DNA of 64,000 bases from a virus. The stretch covers positions 1-64,000 of the IMG/VR virus record IMGVR_UViG_3300047551_002099, one strand, 5' to 3'. How positions within the stretch are numbered: the first letter of the stretch is position 1; each line of letters opens with the position of its first letter. The notes under the pieces were generated by a model. It was not told where the DNA came from. It made no database searches and worked only from the letters and a program-made list of their open reading frames with translations. Made by a program: the position numbers and the translations under genes. Shown in pieces: positions 9,854-17,833 of this stretch.

Positions 9854-10533
9854 ACTTCCTTCGCTTTTTCGGCACCGTTGTTGTCTAACGTAAATTGGTT
9901 AATGAAAACCAAGTTAGCAAACTGAACGTCGCAGATTTCCCATTCGTCTAGCAGGCTGACCACATCGTTCGGGGTTTCAACTGGTTCGCTGTTAATGGTC
10001 TGTAAACACATTGCGAATAGGAACTCTTCCAACGAGCAGCCTTGTTGCTGAACACCTTGGTAACGACGGTCAGCAGCCATTTGAGTTCCGGTGCTAGGTA
10101 CGTTGTAAGTGATGTTCAGGTCACCCGAGGGCATTTGGTCTTTATCCAATCCATAAACCAGGGCTGGCGCCAGCATATATTCGTTAGCCAGGTCTTGACC
10201 TACTTTAGCTTGGTCAACTCCTAACCAAAAGATTTCAATCATAATCATGACCAAAGCCTGACGGTCAGCGATCGGAAAAGGCTTGATTCGGTCAATAATG
10301 TCCTTAGGCATTGTCTTACTCATCAGTGAGTTGCCGTTGACATCAGTTACGTCTACTAGCTGATTAGCCAACACCAACTCTTCTACAGAGTAGCCAGGGC
10401 CCTTGCGGTCGTCAGTCGGATACAGTTTTTTAGCGCGTCGATAATCACCATAACGTGGACATTTGATTGTCACGTTGTACTTCCCTGACGGTAGGTCTTC
10501 ATGGGAGATAGTGATCGTTTCAGGTAAAGACAT
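9745..10533 (-). CDS. Tail assembly chaperone (gpG / Mu gp41 / P2 gpE-like), internally duplicated domain, 262 aa
   Basis: Two similar halves (LPSGKYNVTIKCPRYGD..YSVEELVLA..FPIADRQAL and MPSGDLNITYNVPSTGT..CSLEEFLFA..WEICDVQFA). Slippery site near 3' end; lies upstream of a giant gene. Start moved to ATG 10533 because the track start overlaps the portal gene. Confidence 0.7.
   Translation of the reverse strand: MSLPETITISHEDLPSGKYNVTIKCPRYGDYRRAKKLYPTDDRKGPGYSVEELVLANQLVDVTDVNGNSLMSKTMPKDIIDRIKPFPIADRQALVMIMIEIFWLGVDQAKVGQDLANEYMLAPALVYGLDKDQMPSGDLNITYNVPSTGTQMAADRRYQGVQQQGCSLEEFLFAMCLQTINSEPVETPNDVVSLLDEWEICDVQFANLVFINQFTLDNNGAEKAKEVGKRYRENFGRQDTETKPRQRRTTAQPTEAMESPAS
9847..9853 (-). other. 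Programmed -1 ribosomal frameshift slippery site G GGA AAG
   Basis: GTG GGA AAG in the chaperone frame; same heptamer and phase as the lambda G/T site; the -1 frame stays open for 188 codons. Confidence 0.75.
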
Positions 10534-10630
10534 AGGATGGAAAAACTCTTGTAAGTTACTACTTATCAGGATATACCAAAAATTTGAACTACAGTAGGAA
10601 ATAGATAAACAGTAAGGCCCTATTAATAAG

Positions 10631-12106
10631 ATGGCGACTTCCGGCGACATTAACTACCCAGACAAGCGTTCCGTCAGAAAACAGACTCAACAGCAAGGTC
10701 GCTACAATCTTTACAACGCGCTGCGGCGGCCATTAATGTCAAAGCTGCGGCTTTACGAACGGATGGCCCGCCAGGATTTGACTATCCGGTCTGCTTTAAA
10801 CACCCGGGTGGATTCTATTATTGGTACTATTGGTGATGTGATTCACCCGGACAAAGAAATCCAAGAATTCCACCGGGATAACCTCAAGCGGCTAGAGGAT
10901 GGCACTGGTAAAAACTTTAAGTCTTGCTTGCGAAATATTCAGTTTACTACCGACTGGGCTGGATTTTCGGTGTCTGAAGTCTGCTATTCCTTTGACTTTG
11001 GGTCTTTACATGTCGAAGACATTCTGACGTACCACCCGTCTACCTTGGTAATCTACCCTAATAAAAAGGGCCTGTTGGTGGATAACCAGGAAACTATGGA
11101 CGGCTACCACAAATCAGGTATCTATCAGTACGCAATTAACTTCGCGCCCGCTGAGCAACATCTAGATTTGTGGAAGCACATCTACTTAGGGCGGGATTGC
11201 GACTACGGTAACTACTACGGACACTCGTTAGTGGCCCCGGCTTATAAATGGTTCCGACTAAAAGAAGTGCTAATTGAGATGATGATTAGCGCTATGAATA
11301 AGCTAGGCACCAGGCTACTGTGGGTGCGGTCGCATAACACTCCAACAGAAGAGTTGGTGCTTAACCCAGCTACCGGCGAAGAACGTCCGCTCACAACGCT
11401 TGAGTTAATCCGCAACCAGATAGAAATGAACGAAGGGGCTATTGACACCTTGGTTCTACCTCAAGTATCCCCCGACTACAAACCCGAAATTGGTTCGGTG
11501 CAGATGTCAGATAACTTTGGGGATACGTTTCTTAACACCCTCGCCTACGTTGACCAAGAGTCCGTCCGTCACATCATTCCTTACTTCTTGTTGATGGACA
11601 CGGATTCTAACGAATCAGCCCGTGAGCGCCGGATGGAAATCTACTTTAATGATGTCTACAACCAACGGGAAGCTCTAATTAACGTTGCTGTTCAGAAAAT
11701 TCTAATGCCGTTGCAGACCTGGAACTTTAACCGCGCGGCGGCCAAGATTCCTCCCACCTTTGCTCGTATCTTTTCTGACCGACCGGAAGATCGTGTAGCA
11801 ACGATGCAGATGGTTACAGGTCTTACTGAAACAGGCTACTTGAATCCGACTAACCCGATGGATTGGGGAATGGTTCGGGAGATGGTTCGCTTGGCAGGTC
11901 GGGAAATGACTGAAGCTGACCTGAAGTTTATTAACGAAGTGGTCATTGAACCCCTTCAAAAACCAGAGCCAGCTGCGGGTGCAGCTACAAAAAAGCCAAC
12001 AGCCGGGCGGCCTAAAGGAGTTTCCAAACCTTTAAGCACTCGTTCCCCGGCTAAGCCCGCCAGCAGCGGCTCCACTACTAAGAAGAACCTTAAGCAAGGA
12101 GGTTAA
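10631..12106 (+). CDS. Portal protein (Mu gp29/DUF935-like)
   Basis: 491 aa; motifs LYERM..D..IRSAL..R, WAGFSVSEV.Y, GNYYGHSLV..AYKWF..K typical of this portal family; first gene of the head cluster. Confidence 0.85.
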   Translation: MATSGDINYPDKRSVRKQTQQQGRYNLYNALRRPLMSKLRLYERMARQDLTIRSALNTRVDSIIGTIGDVIHPDKEIQEFHRDNLKRLEDGTGKNFKSCLRNIQFTTDWAGFSVSEVCYSFDFGSLHVEDILTYHPSTLVIYPNKKGLLVDNQETMDGYHKSGIYQYAINFAPAEQHLDLWKHIYLGRDCDYGNYYGHSLVAPAYKWFRLKEVLIEMMISAMNKLGTRLLWVRSHNTPTEELVLNPATGEERPLTTLELIRNQIEMNEGAIDTLVLPQVSPDYKPEIGSVQMSDNFGDTFLNTLAYVDQESVRHIIPYFLLMDTDSNESARERRMEIYFNDVYNQREALINVAVQKILMPLQTWNFNRAAAKIPPTFARIFSDRPEDRVATMQMVTGLTETGYLNPTNPMDWGMVREMVRLAGREMTEADLKFINEVVIEPLQKPEPAAGAATKKPTAGRPKGVSKPLSTRSPAKPASSGSTTKKNLKQGG

Positions 12107-12719
12107 GAACCTTAGCCTCTAAAAATGCTTTGCGGTCTAGGTCGCACTGAGCCACTAAATAGATATGGTTACAGTTCCTAGTTTCTAGGTATTCGTTACA
12201 TCCACAGTGCCCGTGCGTAACTAAATGCTCCAGTCCACCAGGGGTTCTGACAACATGGTGTTTACCCATGTACTCCGCGATGCTATAGCCACCTAGGACG
12301 CATTCTGCTGATAGACAGCGACGCTTCTGCTCCTGAACATCCTTTTTGGGTAGTAGGAGGTGTTCTAGTTGACCACTGTAGGTATAAATGATTCCTTGTT
12401 CTGTAGACTGTACGTTGCTAACTAACCCTTTGACACATTCGTACAGATAAAAGTAAGCCATGCAGTCGGTCAAAGATAAAGGCCCTTTTGAAATTAACCG
12501 CCGGTGCAGGTTAACTCTGTTTTCCAAAGAAGCCCAATCGAACCGCATAATTTCTGCGATTTCTGCCACTGGAACTATCAGCCGCTGCCGAAGATTGTCT
12601 TCTAATTTAACGACAGTAAACTCCAAATGGTCTTCCCCTTTTAGCTTTGAGCCCTCCTCTAATAGTAATTTGCGGTCTAGTATGTCTAGTGTTGCGGACA
12701 AATATTTATAGTTCCACAT
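12090..12719 (-). CDS. SWIM zinc-finger protein
   Basis: 209 aa with C-terminal H-C-G-C-x8-C-N-H (CxC...CxH) preceded by beta strands; 3' end overlaps the portal stop. Confidence 0.7.
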   Translation of the reverse strand: MWNYKYLSATLDILDRKLLLEEGSKLKGEDHLEFTVVKLEDNLRQRLIVPVAEIAEIMRFDWASLENRVNLHRRLISKGPLSLTDCMAYFYLYECVKGLVSNVQSTEQGIIYTYSGQLEHLLLPKKDVQEQKRRCLSAECVLGGYSIAEYMGKHHVVRTPGGLEHLVTHGHCGCNEYLETRNCNHIYLVAQCDLDRKAFLEAKVLNLLA

Positions 12720-12784
12720 ATAATTGGTATAAATGTTGGCTTTCCCTTTACTTTTTTCACTCCCTTTTTCGTTTAATCGTTCAA

Positions 12785-13609
12785 ATGCGTGACCTAGACC
12801 TCCTTAATCTGTTTACAGAGCAGTCTGCGGAAAAGTTCAAACCTGCCAAGCTGGATACTGGTCGATTAGACCCTAATAGCTTTAACGTGGACCTTCCTGC
12901 CCCAAGCCGCCAAGTTTTTTCCAACACTATCGTAGCGGAACCTCCCGCGGAAAGTTTTGAGCAGTTTTCAATTGCTGTTCCTGTGCTAGACGACGAGCCG
13001 GAAACCGAAACAGAAGATGAAGCTGACGAAGAAGCAGTCGCAGCAGAAGACGAAGCTGAGACTGATGAAGCTGACGAAGACGGCGGCGGCGGAAACGGTA
13101 AGCAAAAGCTTTCTTACTACAATCATCAAGGGGATGTTCCTCCAGGTTTTAAAGCCGCGGCGGCCTGCGCCAACTGTGCCTACTTCATTTGTTGGGAGTA
13201 CGAGCATGAGCAATACTGCGGGAAGTATGACTTTCCCTGTACGCCTAACTACACCTGTGATGACTTCAAGTCAAGACGACAAGCTGACGAAGAAGCAATG
13301 GAGCGGGTACGTGCAGAACTTCAAGAAGTCAAACTGAGTGAGCAGCAGGAGTCCGAAGAAGAAGCTATTGTTTCTTCGGAAGAAGACAAGAAGGAAGTCT
13401 ATGCCGATGACGTGCAAGAACTTCTTGAAGAGTATAAAGAGGTCGTCCAGAAGTTTAGCGACGGGGCATTAGTCAATGAGATGTTGACCTTGACCCGGTC
13501 GCGGTTCAACAAACGCTCTGTCTTTGCTGATGCCTTTTTAGACATGCACTACCGTAATGAGTATAAACGCCGTAACGGCACATTAGAGGGGGCTTTTACT
13601 GAGGTATAA
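12785..13609 (+). CDS. Acidic head-associated protein with Cys cluster (CANC..C..C..C)
   Basis: Likely start ATG 12785 (MRDLDLL); Glu/Asp-rich tracts; Cys-rich motif CANCAYFIC..YCGKYDFPC..YTCDDF; lies between portal and protease. Confidence 0.7.
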   Translation: MRDLDLLNLFTEQSAEKFKPAKLDTGRLDPNSFNVDLPAPSRQVFSNTIVAEPPAESFEQFSIAVPVLDDEPETETEDEADEEAVAAEDEAETDEADEDGGGGNGKQKLSYYNHQGDVPPGFKAAAACANCAYFICWEYEHEQYCGKYDFPCTPNYTCDDFKSRRQADEEAMERVRAELQEVKLSEQQESEEEAIVSSEEDKKEVYADDVQELLEEYKEVVQKFSDGALVNEMLTLTRSRFNKRSVFADAFLDMHYRNEYKRRNGTLEGAFTEV

Positions 13610-13614
13610 CAACT

Positions 13615-14670
13615 ATGCCACTATCTATTGAACTTAAAAATGATAAGGAACTACTGGCAACAGACACTGTTGCTGGTAAAGAGTACATCAAAGCACCAAT
13701 TGCCCGTTTAGGTAAATGGAAACATGAAGCTTACGGTCGGGTTGAATTCTCCCAAAAAGACTTTGATGATATTACCACTAACTGGAAAAACAACGCTGCT
13801 GGATTTGAGCCTCCACTCTACCTAGGTCATCCCCGGAATGACAAGGCGTGGAGCGGCGCGCCTGCCGTTGGGTTTCTAGAAAACGTAGTTCAGGAAGGAG
13901 ATACTTTGTTTGGGCTTTACGAGCCGGTAGACAAAGAAGCCTTTGAGGAAGTTAAGAAGGGCCAGTACCGTTATGCTAGCTCCGAAGTTTATCGGAATGC
14001 TAAAGATAAAGAGACGGGTGCTGTGATTGGTACGCTGTTGACAGCCCATGCGTTAACAAACGAACCCTACTTGACTAAACTGCCGCGGGTGGAAGTAACC
14101 GAGAAGCTTGAATTTAGCAATCCTATTAACACTACTCGTTTTGTATTTTCTCAAGAATCAGCTACCTGTACAAAAGAGGTAGTAACTATAAATGCTATGA
14201 CACAAACCACCGAAGTTACGTCAGAAAAAGACACTGCTGCGCACGAACAGTTCGTGCAGCTGCAACACGAAAACGAAACCCTGCGACTTGAGCTTTCCGA
14301 TAAGAACAAGCAACTCGCAGATCTACAGGACGCTGTCGCTGCCATCAAACAAGAACTTTCCATTCATACCGAACGCGCCAAGAAGCAGGAACTTTCTGAC
14401 AAACTGGCCCGGTTGAATAAGCTGAATGTTTCTGCCGCGACCAAAGAGAAGTATTCCCAACTCTTTGCGGAAGGCACCCTTGATGCCACTGGTGAAGAAA
14501 ATATCTTTTCTTTGTTGGAAGAGTTATCTGCTGGTAACGTCCAAAAGTTCACCGATGTTCAAGGTGTTCAAGAAAAGTCTGAAGAGACCGCTGTTGAAAA
14601 CCCTTACTCAGAAACTATCCTTAAGCTCGCTGAGCGCGCCAAGGAGCTAGGTCGTGAATTTGTAATCTAG
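13615..14670 (+). CDS. Prohead protease / scaffold (Mu gpI-like)
   Basis: GKWKH, PPLYLGHP, APAVGF, GQYRYASSE, AHALTNEPY motifs of Mu-like protease; coiled-coil C-terminal scaffold; directly upstream of capsid gene. Confidence 0.85.
   Translation: MPLSIELKNDKELLATDTVAGKEYIKAPIARLGKWKHEAYGRVEFSQKDFDDITTNWKNNAAGFEPPLYLGHPRNDKAWSGAPAVGFLENVVQEGDTLFGLYEPVDKEAFEEVKKGQYRYASSEVYRNAKDKETGAVIGTLLTAHALTNEPYLTKLPRVEVTEKLEFSNPINTTRFVFSQESATCTKEVVTINAMTQTTEVTSEKDTAAHEQFVQLQHENETLRLELSDKNKQLADLQDAVAAIKQELSIHTERAKKQELSDKLARLNKLNVSAATKEKYSQLFAEGTLDATGEENIFSLLEELSAGNVQKFTDVQGVQEKSEETAVENPYSETILKLAERAKELGREFVI
14241..14257. promoter_or_regulatory. Palindrome GCACGAAC-A-GTTCGTGC (copy 1 of 3)
   Basis: Perfect inverted repeat with 1-nt centre; same 15-bp core at 25004 and 45286. 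Confidence 0.6.
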
Positions 14671-14710
14671 ACCCAGTGAATTAACTACTATTTAAGGAAA
14701 TAAGCTAAAC

Positions 14711-16003
14711 ATGCCTCAAGAGTTTCACCCCGAGATTACAGATTACCAATATATTGGCGACTTGCCTGCCCTTGGTAGTCTACAGCTAACTAAGCTAGCC
14801 CGCGGATTTGAAGTGGCGGAGATTGGTCAGTTGGATGACCTGTTCCCCAGCCAAATGATTAACGAACGGACTATCGTCATCGAACAAATCATCGAAGGTC
14901 TGGGTATTATGCCCTTGGCTCGCTTTGGTGTTCCTGGTGGCGGCTTTATTGAGCCCGACCGGATTCGTTCGATGCGCGTCACCCCGGCGGTCGTTCGTGA
15001 AGAAGATTTCATCGAGCAAGCGCTCATCAACCAACTCCGCCAGCCTGGTACCTTCAACCAGCAATGGAGCCCGACTCAGATCATTCAACAACGGGTACAA
15101 AAACTTGTTAACCGTCACCGCCGTACCGTTGACCTCTTCCGTGCCAAAACCCTACTGGGCGGCATCAGCTACACCGACCCTCGGACAGGTGTCAGCATTG
15201 ATGTCAGCACCAACATTCCTGAGCATAACCTGTTCTCTTATAAAGGCTGGAATGCTGCTGTCGCTGCTGGTACCGTCGTTAACGGCTTTACTGCTGACTC
15301 AGCGCTGACCAATGATAAAGGACGACCTGAAGCCTTCTTCTTCCGGTCTACTGACGAGCGCTTCGGTGTACCTTGGACTGACCCCAAAGCTGACCTGGCC
15401 TATACGATTCGTATGATTAAGCAGTATCTGCTCAATACGAACAAAAACCAGTTCACTGAAATCATCATGCACTCTGACTTGATGACTGTTCTGCAAGAGA
15501 ACAACCTAGTCAAGTCTTTCATGGGTCTACCCTACGCCCTTAACACCACTGGCACCCAAGCGGCCTACACCCCCGCCAACAATATGCCTCCCTCCAGTTT
15601 CCTGGTACTCGGCCCCGGCGGTGACTTAGCGTCCTTAGGTGGTCTACGGATTCGTGTGGTTAACGGGCTGTACCGTAACCCCGTCACTAACCAGATTGAA
15701 AACTGGTGGCCTGCCCATAAGGTAGCTATCGTAGCTCCGACTCACATGAATGACTCCAGCGCTCGGTTGGGTCTAACTCAACACTGCGTCGGTGAATCTG
15801 AAGACGGACAACCCGGTGTTTACATGCGCGTCAGCCCCATGAGCGCACCCCCGGCACCTCCCGGACGGGTAATGCAAATGGGTGATGCCTTCTTACCCTT
15901 TGCTATCTATCCCCACTGGATTTGTCTGCTGGATGTTTGTGAGCCTGATGAACTCAAAACCAAGATCATCCTACAAGCTGACCTGAACTATGGAACGTTC
16001 TAG
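14711..16003 (+). CDS. Major capsid protein (HK97 fold, capsid-E-like family)
   Basis: 430 aa after the protease, AAGGA ribosome-binding site; LDDLFP, LLGGISYTD..IDV, W.DP.AD and terminal LP.AIYP..I.LLDV patterns of the major capsid protein E family. Confidence 0.85.
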   Translation: MPQEFHPEITDYQYIGDLPALGSLQLTKLARGFEVAEIGQLDDLFPSQMINERTIVIEQIIEGLGIMPLARFGVPGGGFIEPDRIRSMRVTPAVVREEDFIEQALINQLRQPGTFNQQWSPTQIIQQRVQKLVNRHRRTVDLFRAKTLLGGISYTDPRTGVSIDVSTNIPEHNLFSYKGWNAAVAAGTVVNGFTADSALTNDKGRPEAFFFRSTDERFGVPWTDPKADLAYTIRMIKQYLLNTNKNQFTEIIMHSDLMTVLQENNLVKSFMGLPYALNTTGTQAAYTPANNMPPSSFLVLGPGGDLASLGGLRIRVVNGLYRNPVTNQIENWWPAHKVAIVAPTHMNDSSARLGLTQHCVGESEDGQPGVYMRVSPMSAPPAPPGRVMQMGDAFLPFAIYPHWICLLDVCEPDELKTKIILQADLNYGTF

Positions 16004-16130
16004 ACCACCGGTGTCTATACTTGTTCACTCCTCTGATAAGGTTATTGACTTGAAGAACGAGAAGATTAAGCAGGAACAACCGAATACGCTTCGCTTTCTT
16101 CAGTCAAACCTTTCTTATGGAACTTTTTAA
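15990..16130 (+). CDS. Small ORF (46 aa; alternative GTG start 16011) ending in a copy of the capsid C-terminal motif
   Basis: MERSRPPVSILVHSSDKVIDLKNEKIKQEQPNTLRFLQSNLSYGTF*; the capsid ends LQADLNYGTF*. Below the ORF-track length cut-off; fills the intergenic gap. Confidence 0.55.
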   Translation: MERSRPPVSILVHSSDKVIDLKNEKIKQEQPNTLRFLQSNLSYGTF

Positions 16131-16161
16131 CCATCATCTGATTAAGGACGGCAATAAATAA

Positions 16162-17208
16162 ATGGCTACAGTACCTTTAACTGGAACTCCTGGATTTCGT
16201 TTTTTATGGCACCTCTACCCGAGTGCCCGTAGTGGCGGTCTTAGCTACTACCCCTATTACAGCACCGTAGAGCAAGGTCTGGCTCCTAGCTGGACTCCTC
16301 CGGTTGCTTCTGGTTTGACCACGGCTCCTACTTCCTATACGGTTGCAATTTCGGCTGGTCGTGCCTACCTGGACGGTGAAATCGCTGTCTTGACCGCTGG
16401 TCAAAACGTCGTGGTTAACCCTGGTGATCCTCTGTTTGCTCCCCCGGTTAACGGCGTTAACGACTACCCTATTTACCTGAGCCCCACCCGGATTCTTCAA
16501 CCCGTGGTTAAAGGTGACACTCCTCCGACGACTTATCTGAACGGAGCTGCTATCACCGCTGGTGCCCAGTACGCTGAATGTATTGATTTCGGTGAGTACC
16601 TTGGAGCTACTGATTTCTATCAATATAACGGGACTACCTGGGCTAAATACGACCCCACCTTCGCAGCTCCGATGTTACCTGCTCAGGCTGGTAAGAACCG
16701 GATTTACGGTGGTGGTATGGTTCCTTCTGTTGGAGCTAACAACCTAACGGTTCGGGCTCAAGAGAAACGAATCTACATCGAGAACAAGTACCCCCCGTAC
16801 ACCAACTCTAACTCCAAAGCACTTCTCCGGGATGGCTGTTCCTTGGAGTTGGCTAATGTTTCTCTGTACTACTTCGTTCTTCCCCTCAGCATTAAAGTTG
16901 CCACAACGGCTAGCTCTGCTACCATTACGACTGACGCTGCTACGGCTGCCGTACTGGCTGATATGGTTGCTGCAGCTGGTAGTGTTGGCGCTCTTGCGGT
17001 CAAACTTACTGGACCTTCTGGGTTCTTCACCGGCGGTGGAGCTTCTTCTAACATTACTGCTATTAGTGGTACTAACATCACTACAGCTGCTACAGTAGTA
17101 GCTAACAACGCTGAAGTTACTCTGACCATCGAGCCCCAAACGGCTGGCCGTATCTACCTTCTAGCCCCTGCTAAATCTGCGTTGTTGGTAAACAGCATCC
17201 CCGTCTAG
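16162..17208 (+). CDS. Putative head decoration / virion structural protein
   Basis: 348 aa, Thr/Ala/Gly/Pro-rich beta protein (VAISAGRAYLDG), AAGGA RBS, follows the capsid gene. Confidence 0.6.
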   Translation: MATVPLTGTPGFRFLWHLYPSARSGGLSYYPYYSTVEQGLAPSWTPPVASGLTTAPTSYTVAISAGRAYLDGEIAVLTAGQNVVVNPGDPLFAPPVNGVNDYPIYLSPTRILQPVVKGDTPPTTYLNGAAITAGAQYAECIDFGEYLGATDFYQYNGTTWAKYDPTFAAPMLPAQAGKNRIYGGGMVPSVGANNLTVRAQEKRIYIENKYPPYTNSNSKALLRDGCSLELANVSLYYFVLPLSIKVATTASSATITTDAATAAVLADMVAAAGSVGALAVKLTGPSGFFTGGGASSNITAISGTNITTAATVVANNAEVTLTIEPQTAGRIYLLAPAKSALLVNSIPV

Positions 17209-17220
17209 ATTTAACTTCCA

Positions 17221-17823
17221 ATGCCTAAGCAAATCTTAGCTGTCGCGCCTGTCAATCTTAGAATTGCCGGGCGCGTTTATTCAATTGAAGCTGGCAAAAC
17301 TCTACCTGTGTCTGACGACGAAGCCTCTATGATTTTTGCCAGTCCCAGCTCTAGCAAGTTTAAACTTGTAGGTGACTTTATGTCAGAAACTCCAATTAGC
17401 ATTCATAACGCGGGTCTTCCTGCGTACACCCCACCTAAAACCGTAGCCCCAGACTTGGCCGCCCACAAAGATTGGGCGACGCCGTTTGTCCCTGGAACTG
17501 TTCTTGACCCAATCCTTTCCCCGGTAGCCCAACCGGTTCAAGCTGGTGAGGATTTTTTCGACGCGGTAATGGACACGGCGAGTGTTTCATTACCGCTGCC
17601 GGCCCAACAGGATACGGATTATCCTGAAGCTTCTATCGACGTTGCTCCAGAACGAACTTCAATTACTCCTGACACCCACTGGTCAAAAGTTAAGGTTCAT
17701 CTTTCCTTACTAGAGAAGGAAGAGCCAATCAACTACACGGCTGTCCAGGAAATCAAATTGATGTTCCCTAAATCTGTATCTATCCAAGCTCAGTGCGACC
17801 GTATTTTAGCCACCCAAGGATAA
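17221..17823 (+). CDS. Hypothetical protein (head/neck cluster)
   Basis: 200-aa ORF tightly packed in the operon. Confidence 0.6.
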   Translation: MPKQILAVAPVNLRIAGRVYSIEAGKTLPVSDDEASMIFASPSSSKFKLVGDFMSETPISIHNAGLPAYTPPKTVAPDLAAHKDWATPFVPGTVLDPILSPVAQPVQAGEDFFDAVMDTASVSLPLPAQQDTDYPEASIDVAPERTSITPDTHWSKVKVHLSLLEKEEPINYTAVQEIKLMFPKSVSIQAQCDRILATQG

Positions 17824-17833
17824 AGGACTGACC

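Noticed and set aside
10534-10650. Track start of the chaperone gene at 10650
   Set aside because: Overlaps the portal start and crosses the AT-rich divergent spacer; ATG 10533 is more plausible.
12647-12784. Track start (TTG 12647) for the acidic protein
   Set aside because: Overlaps the divergent SWIM gene and a pyrimidine-rich spacer; ATG 12785 preferred.
12381-14195. TATAAATG as a T4-like late promoter (12383, 12728, 14188)
   Set aside because: Short AT-rich motif, one copy is in an uninformative position, and it is not found consistently upstream of other structural genes.
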